Assembly (NCBI RefSeq): GCF_009914755.1
Contig: NC_060938.1
From: the human T2T-CHM13v2.0 reference genome, Homo sapiens
DNA: 64,000 nt
Strand: one strand, 5' to 3'
The stretch's first letter is position 1, and each line of letters begins with the position of its first letter. The notes under the pieces are model-generated. The model was not told the DNA's origin, ran no database searches, and saw nothing but the letters and a program-made list of their open reading frames with translations. Below are positions 26,453-39,157 of this stretch, piece after piece. The translations under genes were made by a program, and so were the position numbers.

Positions 26453-27410
26453 CCCCATCAAGCTATGTAATTTGTATTTCCTTAATTTTTTTGCTACATT
26501 TACTATGGAGGTTTGGGTTCCTAGTAGTCAATCTAAACTGTTTCCATTTGGCTAAAGGAAGTTTTAATTTTATTTTATTGGCCAAGAAATATACCATGTT
26601 TACACAAACCAAATTGTTCTTGTGTAGGATCTCCAACACAAGCATGAGGATAACAAGATTGTAACTGTAGTAATACTACAATTACCTGAATGTGAGTCTA
26701 CTTCAGTTCAAGGACCATTCTAAATACACCTCCTAACTTATAACCCAATAAAAATATGCATTTCCAGAACTACATAGAACGAGAAAATAGAGTTCATATT
26801 TTATTGGGTATTCATTGAATTTTCTTTCACTCAACATTTCTTACAGGGGTCACATGGCCTAGATGCTACCCTAGATGAGAAAGAGTCCAATGGTTATCAA
26901 CAAGTTCTGAAAGGCAAGGCCTAAGGTACTGAAAATTATATTACTCAAAGCTGAAGGCAGCAAATCTGTTCATGTTTACACAGTTGGGAAAGTGGACTTG
27001 TGTTTTTTACAAGCAAACCAGTGACCAGCCAATGGCAGGAGACCTTCCCCACCCCTAAAGGTGATGCTCACCTACCGTCATGGGTAAAAGGAAGCTCTGG
27101 CTCGAATTCCTCATGTATTATTCATGTGTGATGCCACCCAACGTGATTCAGAGAAGAAAATTCTCAGTGTGTTCACCAGAGGTGATTACATGAGAATAAA
27201 GCACGGCCTGATTTTTTTTCTTGTTCACAGGAAAAAAAAAAGAAAAGAATGTAGAATTTCTGATGTGGGATTGTTTCGACCTTGGAGAGTGTCCGTATGA
27301 GACACATGTGTGGTATACAAAACACCTTTAAGATTTAATCAGAATTGTATATCTTTCCAAATTAAATTGATTGCTCCCTCAAACTCTTATACATCATACC
27401 TGTATCACTT

Positions 27411-27714
27411 TTTTTTTGTTTTTCTTTTTTTTTGAGATGGAGTCTTGCTCTGTCACCCTGGCTAAAGTGCCATTGTGCGATCTCGGCTTACTGCAATGTC
27501 CACCTCCTGGGTTCAGGCGATTCTCCTGTCTCGGCCTCCCGAGTAGCTGGGATTACAGTCCACGCCACCACTTCTGGGTAATTTTTTGTATTTTAGTAGA
27601 GACAGGGTTTCATCATGTTGGCCAGGCTGGTCTGGAACTCCTGAGTTCAGGCAATCGGCCTGCCTCGGCCTCCCAAAGTGCTGGGATTACAGGCATGAGC
27701 CCCTGCACCTGGCC
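27411..27714 (-). mobile_element. AluS full-length SINE
   Basis: Reverse Alu dimer; TSD CCTGTATCACTT at 27399-27410 and 27715-27726. Confidence 0.95.
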
Positions 27715-30609
27715 CCTGTATCACTTATTTAAGCACTTACAATTCTATCTTTATAGATAAAGATGTATATATTATATATTTTATATAATATAATTATATT
27801 TTCCATGTAGTCTATTTTGTATCTTTTATTGTATTTGTTGTTTCTGGATGAAACTCAAAAGCTCCTGTGAGTAAAATGTGGATGGCGGACATTTCTTCTA
27901 TCATCCAGTTAAATGCAGAGTTGGTGCTTCATTTACTTTCTACAACCTTTGAAGTTGAATTGTTTCCTTTGAGAAGTCTTGGATTTTGATTCCTTCTTAT
28001 TTTCCCAAAGTAAATAAGGGTCATTTCTTTTTCATTAGCCCTCTTTAATATTATCTTATTATTCTTGGGTAAGAAAGAGCAGTCAAATGCACATACTTTA
28101 AATTTATGTTTAAAAAATTGAGATACTGACATACAAATCAGTTGTAGCATCAGGGAATCCAAATTAAAAGGCTGAAATAATGGTGGTGAGGAGTAAGAGT
28201 AGAAGTATTTAGGTCAATGAGGAGTGGTATGGGAAAAAAGATTTATACTCTATTACTGTCTTTCACGTCAGCAATTGTGCCATTAACAGCAAGTATTAAA
28301 AAAAACTGCAAACAGAAAAATAATTCTGGCATTGAGACATACAAATTACAGGAACATGATATAATCAGAGCTCCTGATTTGTATCCCAGTAAACCACAAT
28401 ATCATAGTATTACTTCAAAGGGCACAATTAGTCTTTTTTTCCCCAAATATGAATAGCATTGACAGTTTGTGTATAAGCGTTGCCATTAACATTTTCTCAC
28501 GTACAAGATGCCATCTTAAAGTCAGACTTCCTCCTGTCTGCACATGATATAGCTAGCCACTCAGGGATATGGATGGCTATAGGCAGAAACCCACAGAGTT
28601 TCAGGTAACCAGGCAATTTCAGTGTGTACATTTATAAAGAGGTTGTTAAATTTGATGTGATAAATAACAGTTTAATCCTTCTATAAATTTATATATTTAT
28701 GTATGTATGTTTAGTGTGATTCTAAAACTAAAACACACACATTCATTTTTATTGCAGCATTCTTAAATTCATGAAAGTAAGTTGTATTTCACTTTTTAAT
28801 GTAATCTTAACCAGGAAATCAAAGGAACTTGAGGAAACTGTGCTAGAAATCCTGAACTCAAACTGTGAAGACACAGAACTTAAAATATGAAGACCTAGAC
28901 TCCAGTTGCATTCTAGTTTATTAACTGCACAATGTGAGACGAATCATTTTTTTCTGAACTTCAGTACTTTCATCCATAAAAGAGAACTCATATTTTGTAT
29001 TGTCATGCGAGCAGATGTTTAGTACTTGAGAAAACAAACTCTAACGTTGTACACATGGAAAAAATCACAGTCTAAAACAATTCTGACATTTTTCCTCCAG
29101 GCACAGCATTCAACAGATATTGAGGGTCCCCTGACTGCCATGATACATGCTGAACACTAGAAATAAAAGGATGAATATGTCACACATTGCAATATACACT
29201 TTATTATCTGATATGTACAAAAGAATGTATATATGCAAATACACAAATACAAATATTTGCACTCATGCATAACACCCCAAAATATTAACAGTCATTATGA
29301 TGATGTTAAACTTCTTTGTTCAGGCTTTATTTCCTAAATTTTATATAATATGCATGCCTCGTTTTAAGTTTTAGAATCACACTAAACAAAATAATTATAA
29401 TTTATTAATAATTTACTAGGATAATTTTATGTCACAAAGAAATTCACAGCATATTTGAACTCATTTTTACAACAGGAATTTCTAAGAAGCCTCATTTTTT
29501 CCTTCCTATCACAAACAAGTCAATATTTTATTTCCTCATCTTTAAAATTAAAAAAATAAAAGTACCTCCTAGGGCTGCTTGTAGTCCACAAAGTTCTATG
29601 CAAATGTTTGTTCTTCTGTTTTCATTGTTACTATTATTGAGAGAGTGACTTCATTGTTTCTAAGAGAAGATTAGGAAAATGTATATGTATTTTTCTTTAT
29701 GTGAAGTCTTCATGGAGAAAATGGCATTTGAATTTTACCTCGATCAGGAGGGCATGGGTGTTACGGAAGCCAATAGTGGAAAATAAAGATTGAATGGAAG
29801 TTGGGGTGGTCTCACCCAGGGCACTGGACACCGGATGAAAAGTTGCACATCACAGCCTTTGCTAAGGGAGAGTCAGCTTTCAGCAAGCAATGGTTCAGAG
29901 CATCTCAAAGAAGCATTCCCTGGCTCTTTAACCCCAAAGGAGAAATGATATTCTTTTATTTGAACTTATGGGATACTACTAATATGCTATTTTTAAAAAA
30001 GGAAAAATGAAGCCTTTCTTGATACCTGCTCCACCCCTGAGGACACAAGACCAGTTCATTTACATGTCCTGGAGTCACTTGCACGCAGCACGGTGCACAC
30101 TCCTGTGAGGCTTGCCCAGGACAGCATGGGAACGCTACCTATGGGCACCTGGTTCAGGAGACCTCAGATGTAGCCTGCACACCTAGTTTGAAAGCCCCAC
30201 AATGGTTTACACAGCAGCGATGGCATGGAACCTGATGGTAGGGATGAAATGAACTCTATACTATCAGTTAACCATCATTATTTACCATCATCTCTACCAC
30301 TATTAAGTTAACCCTTGCTTTAAGCAACTACTACTGTTAAAAGACTAATTTCCTTAAATTGGCAAGATGTAAATAATTTCAAAACTTATATTAGCACAGA
30401 TTTTCTGAAAAACAACTTGGAAAACATTGTATGTACATACATGCATGTGTACAGAATCCTAAAATCTTAAAGTAACTGAATTTGGACCCAGTATTTTTAT
30501 CTCTAGGTCATTTCCACTAAGAAAATAATTAGCTGCTTGTACACAAATTTTAATCAAAACATTTTTATATTGCTTATAATGTTAAAAAAATATAAAACCC
30601 CTAAATTGA

Positions 30610-30820
30610 TGGCTATCAATCGGGCTGTATTGGCACTTTAGGTGAGCAGTTCTTCATTTGTGTGCCTGGCCTGTGTATCAGGAGATTTTACATTCCTTTC
30701 ATTCATCCATGAAATTCCAGAAATGTGCCTACATCAACCTTTGTAACAACCAGGAACACTCCACCGACGCATATTTCTATCCCCTTAGGAGAATAATATT
30801 AGCCTTGTTTGAGAAGCTGT
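30610..30820. mobile_element. MER20-like hAT MITE within old L1M sequence
   Basis: ttgtaacaaccagga...tttgagaagctg. Confidence 0.45.
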
Positions 30821-30979
30821 AGTCTAAACATGTGTAATGGGGCATTAGTTAAATAAATGTTGGTATGTTCATTTATGAAACACTTATAATGTGTTTTAAA
30901 AGGTTATTTCTAGACTTAGGAGTATAGTTGGTATTATAATTTATAATACACATACAGAGACACATATACTCATGCACAA

Positions 30980-31402
30980 ACATATTGGGATTTTACTTAG
31001 ATGCTTCCTAATACTCAATAACACACACAAGCAAGGTAGTTAATTTTTCTAATGTGTCAAGAGGTGTGTGGTTGATAGTCTTGGTATCTTTTATCAGCCA
31101 ACAATATTCTGTGGTTTCTTCCTTAAGGTCGCAAGACAATTTCTCTCATTTTGGGAATCATATCTTTATTCCAAGAAAGAAAGAAGAAGAAAGACAAAAG
31201 GCAAAATGTCAAACAGATTTACTTTTTTTTCAAATCCCATCAGGCAGATCTGTGTCACATGATTACATATAGTTACAAGCAAGTCTTGGGGGTTGAATCC
31301 TTGTAAAAAGCCCATTGGCAACCCAAACAAAATTAATATTTTGTTACATCAGAAGAAAAGGATCCTTGAAATAGGAAAAGCTACCACCAGTGCCTGCAAC
31401 TT
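30980..31402 (-). mobile_element. Old MLT1 (J/K/L-like) LTR
   Basis: gtcacatgattacatatagttacaag...cccaaacaaaatt...tgttac...cagtgcctgc. Confidence 0.45.
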
Positions 31403-32405
31403 TACATAAACATCCAATCATGTTTCTGTTTGCTTTTATAGCCATTGGTCTTTTTCTATAATTTTCATGTTTCTCTCTTAATTGTACAAGCATAGCACGC
31501 ATTGTACTTCCTCCCTAACATTGACTTTCCCTCTTCTGTAATGGTTACACATAGAAGAGGTCTTGGCTAAAAGAAGCAATATTTACTCATTAAAAAGAAA
31601 TTGTATGTAAGCACTAGGAAAGATGGAAGATGTGCATTACAGGAGAAGGATGTAGAAGGACCTAGGTTCAAAGAAAGAAAACAGACCATCTCAAGTAATA
31701 CGAGGAGGGAAACGCCTGGCAGTAGGGGTGAGAATTGAGAAGACCCAGTGGACAGACATAGGAACATCCTCAGGCCAGGATCAATTGCTAACATATAATG
31801 TGGAGAAATACTTAAAATCTCAAAAAAGAACAAGAAATTTGTCAGATGCCACCAAGTAATTATGCTTTCTTTGTAGTGCCATTTTGGCAATCTGACAGCT
31901 TGGTACAAAGGCAGACACTGAGAGAAAAGTGCTGTTAAGGCTGATGCTATTGGACTTTCTGAAACATATTTCCTAGTTGTAACTTAATACTATTAATGAA
32001 CTTCATTTCTTTTCTTTTCCCTCTTCCTAAGAGGCTGCTTCATGAGCCATACTTGAGAAAATGTGAAGTGGCAAAACTCTCCTTGGAGGATAATTTTGAG
32101 AGAGGAAGAACATGGTGGCCTTTGTTACTTTCTCCTTCTCAAAACATCTCAGAGATTTCAGGCTTGGAAAGTGGAAGCCAGTAAATTCAGATATTAAAAA
32201 AAAATGAAAGATGCATACTCTCTTTTTCCTTCAAAAATGCAACAATGTGCATGAAGACTGAATGATAGGAAAATCAATGTAAACTTTTTTATTGAGCTAG
32301 TTTGTCAAAGAGATTTAATTAAGCTCTTTATGTTCTTATTTTTTTCTTTTCTACTAATCTCCAGGAGGCAAGAAATATTTATACCCACACAAAATAACAG
32401 AAAAT

Positions 32406-35400
32406 TATGGTTTTCTGTTTCTGCGTTAGTTTGCTAAGGATGATGGCTTCCAGCTCCATCCATGTCCCTGAAAAGGACATGATCTTATTATTCTTCATGT
32501 CTGTGTAGTATTCCACAGCATATGTACACCACATTTTCTTTATCCAGTCTACCACTGTTGGACATTTATGTTGATTTCATGTTCTTGCTATTGTGAATGT
32601 TGCTAGAATGAACATACGCATGCATGTGCCTTTGCGGTAGAATAATTTATATTCCTTTGGGTATATACCCACTAATGGGATTGCTGAGTCAATGATATTT
32701 TTGCCTGTAGGTCTTTGAGGAATCACCACACTATCTTCCACAATGGTTGAACTAATTTATCTCCCATCAACAGTAAATAAGTATTCCTTTTTTTTCTGCA
32801 GGCTTGCCAGCATCTGTTATTTTTGACTTTTTAATAATAGCCATTCTGACTGGTGTAAGATGATATCTCACTGTGGTTTTGATTTGCATTTCTTTAGTGA
32901 TCAGTAATATTGAGGGTTTTCTTATATGACTGTTAGTTGCATGTATGTTTTCTTTTACAAAGTGTCTGCTCAGGTCCTTTGCCCACTTTTTTACAGGGGT
33001 CTTTGGGTTTCTCTTGTAAATTTGTTTAATTTCCTTGTAGATAATAGGCTTTTGTCAGATGCATAGTGTGCAAATATTTTCTCCCATTCTGTAGGTTGTC
33101 TGTTCATTCTGTTGATAGTTTCTTTTGCTGTGCAGAAGCTCCTTAGTTTAATTAGATCCCATTTGTCAATTTTTGCTTTTGGTGCAATTGCTTTTGGCAT
33201 CTTCATCCTGAAATCTTTGCCCATTTCTAGCCCAGAGTGGTATTGCCTAGGTTGTTTTCCAGCTTTTGTATAGTTTGGGGTTTTACATTTAACTTTTTAA
33301 TTTATCTTAAGTTGATTTTTTATATGGTGTAAGGAAGGGGTCCAGTTTCAATCTTCTGCATATGGCTAGCCAGTTATCCCAGCACTATTTATTGAATAGG
33401 GGAGTATTTCCCCATTGTTGGTTTTTCTCAGCTTTGTTGAAGATCAGGTGCTTGTAAGTGTGCAGCCTTATTTCTGGGATCTCAGTTCTGCTCTATTGTC
33501 TATCTATAAGTCTATTTTTGTACCTGTACCATGCTGTTTTGGTCACTGTAGCCCTGTAGTATAGTTTGAAGTTGGGTTGCATGATGCCTCCAACTTTGAT
33601 CCTTTTGCTTAGGATTGCCTTGTGTATTTGGGGTCTTTTTTGGCTTCATATGTATGTTATGTATATGTATATGTATAGTTTTCTTTCTAATTATATGAAG
33701 AATGTCATTGTTAGTTTGATAAGAATAGCATTGAATATGTAAATTGCTTTGGACAGTATGGGAATTTTAATGATATTGATTCCTCCTATCCATGAATATA
33801 GAATGTTTTTCCACTTGTTTGTGTCTTCTCTGATATCCTTGAGCACTGTTTTGTGGTTCTCCTTCTAGAGATCTTCCACCTCCCTAGTTAGCTGTATTCC
33901 TAGGTATTTTATTCTTTTTGTGGCAAATGTGAATGGGATTGCACTCCTGATTTGGTTCTTGGCTTGGCTGTTATTGGTGTATAGGAATGCTATTGAGTTT
34001 TTAATGTTGATTTTGTATCCAGAATCTTTGCTGAAGTTGTTTATCAGCTGAAGGAGCTTTTGGGCTGAGACTATGGGTTTTTTTTTTTTTTTTTTTTGAC
34101 AGAGTCTCACTCTGTCGCCCAGGCTGGAGTGCAGTGGCACAATCTCAGCTCACTGCACCCTCCGCCTCCTGGATTCAGGCGATTCTCCTGCCTAATTTTT
34201 GTATTTTTAGTAGAGACGGGGTTTCAACATGTTGGCCAGGCTGGTCTCGAACCCCTGACCTCAGGTGATCCTCCTGCCTCAGCCTCCCAAAGTGCTAGGA
34301 TTACAGTGTGAGCCACCACGCCCAGCCATGGGTTTTTCTAGATATAGAATCATGTCTTCTGCAAACAGAGAAAGTTTGACTTTCTCTCTTTCAATTTGGG
34401 TGCCCTTTATGTCTTTTTTTTGCCTGGTCATTCTGGCCAGGACTGCCAATACTACATTGAATGAAAGTAGTGAGAGAGGGTATCCTTGCCTTTTGCCAGT
34501 TTTCAAGGGGAACACTTCTATCTTTTACTTGTTCAGTATGATGTTGGCTGTGGGTTTGTCATGTATGGCTCTTATTATTTTGAGGTAGTTCCTTCAATAT
34601 GTAATTCATTGAGAGTTTTAACATGAAGTGATATTGAATTTTATTGAAAGCCTTTCTGCATCTATTGAGATAATCCTGTGGTTTTTGGTTTTAGTTCTGT
34701 TTATGTGATTAATCACATTTATTGATTTGCATATGTTGAACCAACCTTGCATCCCAGAAATAAAGCCTACTTCTTCATGGTGGATTAACTTTTTGATATG
34801 CTGCCAGATTTGGCTTGCAAATATTTTATTGAGGATTTTTGCATCAAAATACATCAAAGATATTGGCCTGAAGTTTTCTTTTTTTCTTTTCTTGTGTCTC
34901 TGCAAGGTTTTACTATGAAGATGATGCTGGCCTCAAAGAATGAGCTTTGGAGGAGTCCCTCCTCCTCAATTTTCTGTAATAGTTTCAATAGCAATGGTAC
35001 TAGCTTTTCTTTGTACATCTGATAGAATTCAGCTGTAAATCCATGTGGTCCTGGGATTTCTTTGGTTGGTAGGGTACTTATTACTGATTCAATTTTGGAG
35101 CTTATTATTGATCTGCTCATGGAATCAATTTCTTTCTGGTTTAGTCTTGGGAGGGTATATGTGTCCAGGAATTTATCCATCTCTTCTAGGCTTTCTAGTT
35201 TGTGTGCATAAAGTTGTACGTAGTAGTTTCTGAGAGTTATTTGTGTTTCTGTGGGGTGGGTGGTAACATCTTCTTTGCTGTTTCAAACTGTGTTTGTTTG
35301 GATCTTCTCTCTCTATTTTTATTAGTCTAGCTAGTGGACTATTTCATTAATTTCTTTCAAAAAACCAGTGAAATATTGATCATTTGAATGGTTTTTTTGT

Positions 35401-38210
35401 GTCTCAATTTCCTTCAGTTCAGTTCTGATATTTATTATTTGTTGTCTTCTGCTAGATTTGGGGTTGATTTGCTCTTGCTTCTCTAATTCTTTCAGTTGTG
35501 ATGTTAGGCTGCCAATTTGTGATCTTTCTAATTTTTTGATGTGGGCATTTATTGCCATAAATTTCCCTCTGTGCACTGCCTTAGCCGTGTTTCAGATACA
35601 TTGGTATGTTGTATCTTTGTTCTCGTTAGTTTCAAATAGCCTCTTGATTTCTGCATTTATTTCATTATTTTCCAAGAAGTCATTCAGGAGCACATTGTTT
35701 AATATCCATGTGGTCGTATGGTTTTGAGTGATTTTCCTAGTCTTGACTTCTGTTTTTATTGTGCTGTGGTCTGAGAGTGTGTTTGATATAATTTTGGTTC
35801 TTTTGCACTTGCTGAGGATTGTTTCATTTCTGACCGTGTTCTTGATTTTACAGTATGTGCTATGTGGCAATGAGAAGAATGTCTATTTTGTTGTTTTGGG
35901 AGTGGAGTGTTCTGCAGAGGTCTGTTAGAGCCATTTGGTCCAATGTTTAGTTAAGGTCCTGAATATCTTTGTTAATTTTCTGCTGCAGTGATCTGTCTGA
36001 TACTGTCAGTGGAGCATTGAAGTCTCCCACTATCACTGTGTGGGAGTCTAAGTCTCCTTTTAGATCTTGCTTTATAAATCTAGGTTCTCCTGTGTTGAGT
36101 GCTGTATATGTAGGGTAGTTAGGTCTTCTCATTGAATTGAACCTTTTACCATTATGTAATGGCCTTCTGTGTCTTTTTTGATCTTAGTTGGTTTAAAGTC
36201 TGTTTTGTCTGAAATTAGGGTTGCAACCCCTGTTTTTTTTTTCTGTTTTCTTCATTTGCTTGGTAGATTTTCCTCCATCCCTTTATTTTGAGTGTATTGG
36301 TGTCACTGCATGTAAGATGGGTCTTTTGATGACTGCATATCATTGGGTCTTTCGTTTTGTTCAGATTGCCACTCTTTGCTGTTTAAATAGAGCATTTAGC
36401 TCATTTACATTCAAGGTTAGTGTTGATATGTGTGGATTTAATCCTGTGATTGCATTTTTAGCTGGTTATTATGCAAGCTTGTTTGCGTAGTTGCTTCATA
36501 GTATCACTGGTCTGTGTATTTAACTGTTTTTTCTATTGGCTAGTTAGTCGTTTCTTTCCATATTTAGTGCTCATTTCAAGATCTTTTGTAAAATGGGTCT
36601 GGTTGTAATGAGTTCCCTAAGAATTTGCTTATCTGAAAACAGTCTTATTTTTTTTTCATGTAGAAAGCTTCATTTAGTTGTATATGAAATTCTTAGTTGA
36701 AAATTTTTCTCTAAGAATGTTGAGTATAGGCCCCCAATCTCTCTTGACTTGGAGGGTTTCTGCTGAGAGGTTTTTTGTTAGCCTGATGGGGTTCCTCTTC
36801 AGGTAACCTGCCCTTTCTCTCTAGCTGCCTTTAACATTCTCTTTTTCATTTCAACCTTGGAAAATCTGATGATCATGTGTCTTGGGGTAATCTTACGTAG
36901 AATCTTGCAGGAGTTCCTTGCATTTCCTGAATTTGACTATCGGCCTCTATAGTGAGGTTCAGGAAGTTTTTATAAATGATATCCTAAAATATGTTTTCCA
37001 TGTCGTTTGATTTTTGCCTATCCCTTTTGGGGATGCCAGTGATTTGTACCTTTTCCCTCTTTACATGATCCCATATTTCTCAGAGGATATGTTTTTTCCT
37101 TCTCTTTTTCCTTTCCTTTTCTTTTTTTTTTTTTTTTTCCTGACTGTTTTATTTCAGAGAATCAGTCTTTAAGATCAGAGTCTTACCTTAGCTTGGCCTA
37201 TTCTGCTGTTAAAACTTGCAATTGCATTATGAAAATCCTGTAGTGTGTTTTTCAGCTTTATCAGATCAGTTAGGTTCTTTTTTCATCCTGGCTACTTCAT
37301 CTGTCAGCTCCTGTATTATTTTATTGTGATTCTTAGGTTCCTTAGATTGGGTTTTGATGTTCTCTTGAATCCTAATGATTTTCATTCCATATTCTGAATT
37401 CTATTCTTGTCATTTCAGCCAGCTTAACCTAAGAACTCTTGTTGGAGTACTGGTACAATGATTTGGAGGACATAAGCCACTCTGGTCCTTGGAGTTGCCA
37501 GAGTTCTTGAGTTAGTTCTTTTTCATATCTACATGTAGGTGTTCCTTTAACTGTGATGTAGATTAAGTACAGTTAACAGACTTCTTTTCTGGATGTTTTC
37601 ACGTAGCTGAGCCTTTGTGCAGTGTTTTTATTTATAGCTGACTTCTTGTCTTTGGTTTCACAGGTTATATTAGTGAGGTATTTTTGGACTTAAAGCTCAG
37701 AGGTATGATCCAGTAAGTAGCACTTAGGCATAGTGGCCAGGTAGTTGGCTCTTGCTCAGTCGTGTGGCTCTCATATATTTCTTCACAGTTGCAGTCATGT
37801 TCCCTCTCAATGCTCTGCAAGTGTGGGCTCTTCTCCCACTTGACTGCTGGCTGTAGATTACGGCTTGGCACTCCTGAGCTGCCATCCACAGCTCTGGGGT
37901 GACGTTAGGGTTTATGTTTATCATCCTATGGAATAAGAGTGGAGCATGTGCAAAAGAGAAAAGCACAAAACACTGAGCCTGTGTTCCTGGATAAGATCCT
38001 AAAATATGTTTTCCAAGTCGTTTGCTTTTTTCTCAATTTTGAGGCAGCAGAAGAAAGGACCTTAGTAGTGGTTGTAGCCAACGGTCTTTTGTTTATTTCC
38101 TGGGGGCTCCAGCCCAGAGAGATGCAGGTCAGTCATTGCTCATTGCAATCAGTCTGGGATGGGGGTTCTAGCACAGTCTTAAAATAGGGTATTAGGCAGA
38201 CAATATGATT
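32406..38210 (-). mobile_element. Near full-length decayed L1 (L1PA13-L1PB age class), 3'UTR missing, Alu inserted
   Basis: Collinear broken ORF2 peptides (IVGDFNAPL endonuclease, [39 protein letters not shown]), then ORF1/5'UTR-like sequence. Confidence 0.93.
34083..34327 (-). mobile_element. AluS with ~49-bp internal deletion, nested in the L1 RT domain
   Basis: TSD ATGGGTTTTT at 34073-34082 and 34328-34337; junction ttctcctgcct|aatttttgta at 34193/34194. Confidence 0.93.
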
Positions 38211-39157
38211 CACTGGGAGACATAAACACAAGTTTTCATTGATACCCCTGACTTCCTGTGCCATATATATAAAATTTAGGAATGCCAAATTTATACAAGG
38301 TTGTATTGTCTCCTGTTGTTTCTTTCTATTTTCCTCTCAACTCTTCCTCTAAAACAAAACTCTTATTTGTTGTAACTTCTGCTGAAGGTAAACCTTTATT
38401 AAATCTGACCTGGGAGCTAAAAGATCTTAGTTTCAGTAGTGGCTTGGGTGTCTGCCATCTGGACAATTTTGTTTATCTCATCTAGGGTTCTTGCTTATCT
38501 TCAAAATTAGAATCTTAGAGTAGTCAACAGTGTTTTTTGAAAATGTTGAAATTATTCTAGATTTTATTAGAATTCTAGTGTCCTCCTTGCCATAAAGAGA
38601 ACAAGGTCATTCACCAAAACTTTTTTTCTTCTCATCATATAGTTCTAACAATCAAACTTAATGCTTCTTTGGAAAGAAAAATGAGCAAAAATATAGTTAA
38701 CTTACTTCATTTTGCTGGTTTCTGTTTCCTGTTACACTGGTACTCTTCTTTTCTTCCTAGACAGTTTCTTTCATTCTTTTCTCTCAATTATGGAACCCCT
38801 GACTTGCAACTGACCTGGGCCCAGTGAAAGCTAATAGTTCCAATCCTGGCTCTTTGCCCAGTTGCATCAAAGAAGACCACACAGTGTGTACCTTTCTTGG
38901 AAGAACGTTTAGAAGCAAAATTACGTGAGTTAAAAAGCAACAATCTTTTTAAAATTCCTCATGTTTGTTTCAAATTGCATAGTAAATTTTGCCAGACATA
39001 ATATTAAAACCAAGTAATTTGCTTTAACCAAAAAGAACAAGATGGTAATTACTAAAGCAGATACCAATGTATAGGAAGAAACATCTACAACATTCAGTTT
39101 AGAGCAAAGAGATATTTCCAGTTAAGTTGTCCAATTAAGAAAAATATAATTGATACT

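Noticed and set aside
27371-27760. 129-aa ORF (similar ORFs at 11864-12070 and 34096-34311)
   Set aside because: Standard antisense Alu translations
32000-32190. Strong polypyrimidine tract and AG at 32031
   Set aside because: No convincing downstream donor or coding signal; an exon cannot be supported without transcript data
32991-36490. Endonuclease / reverse-transcriptase-like ORFs
   Set aside because: Fragments of a frameshifted, Alu-interrupted L1 ORF2; not an active element or novel RT system
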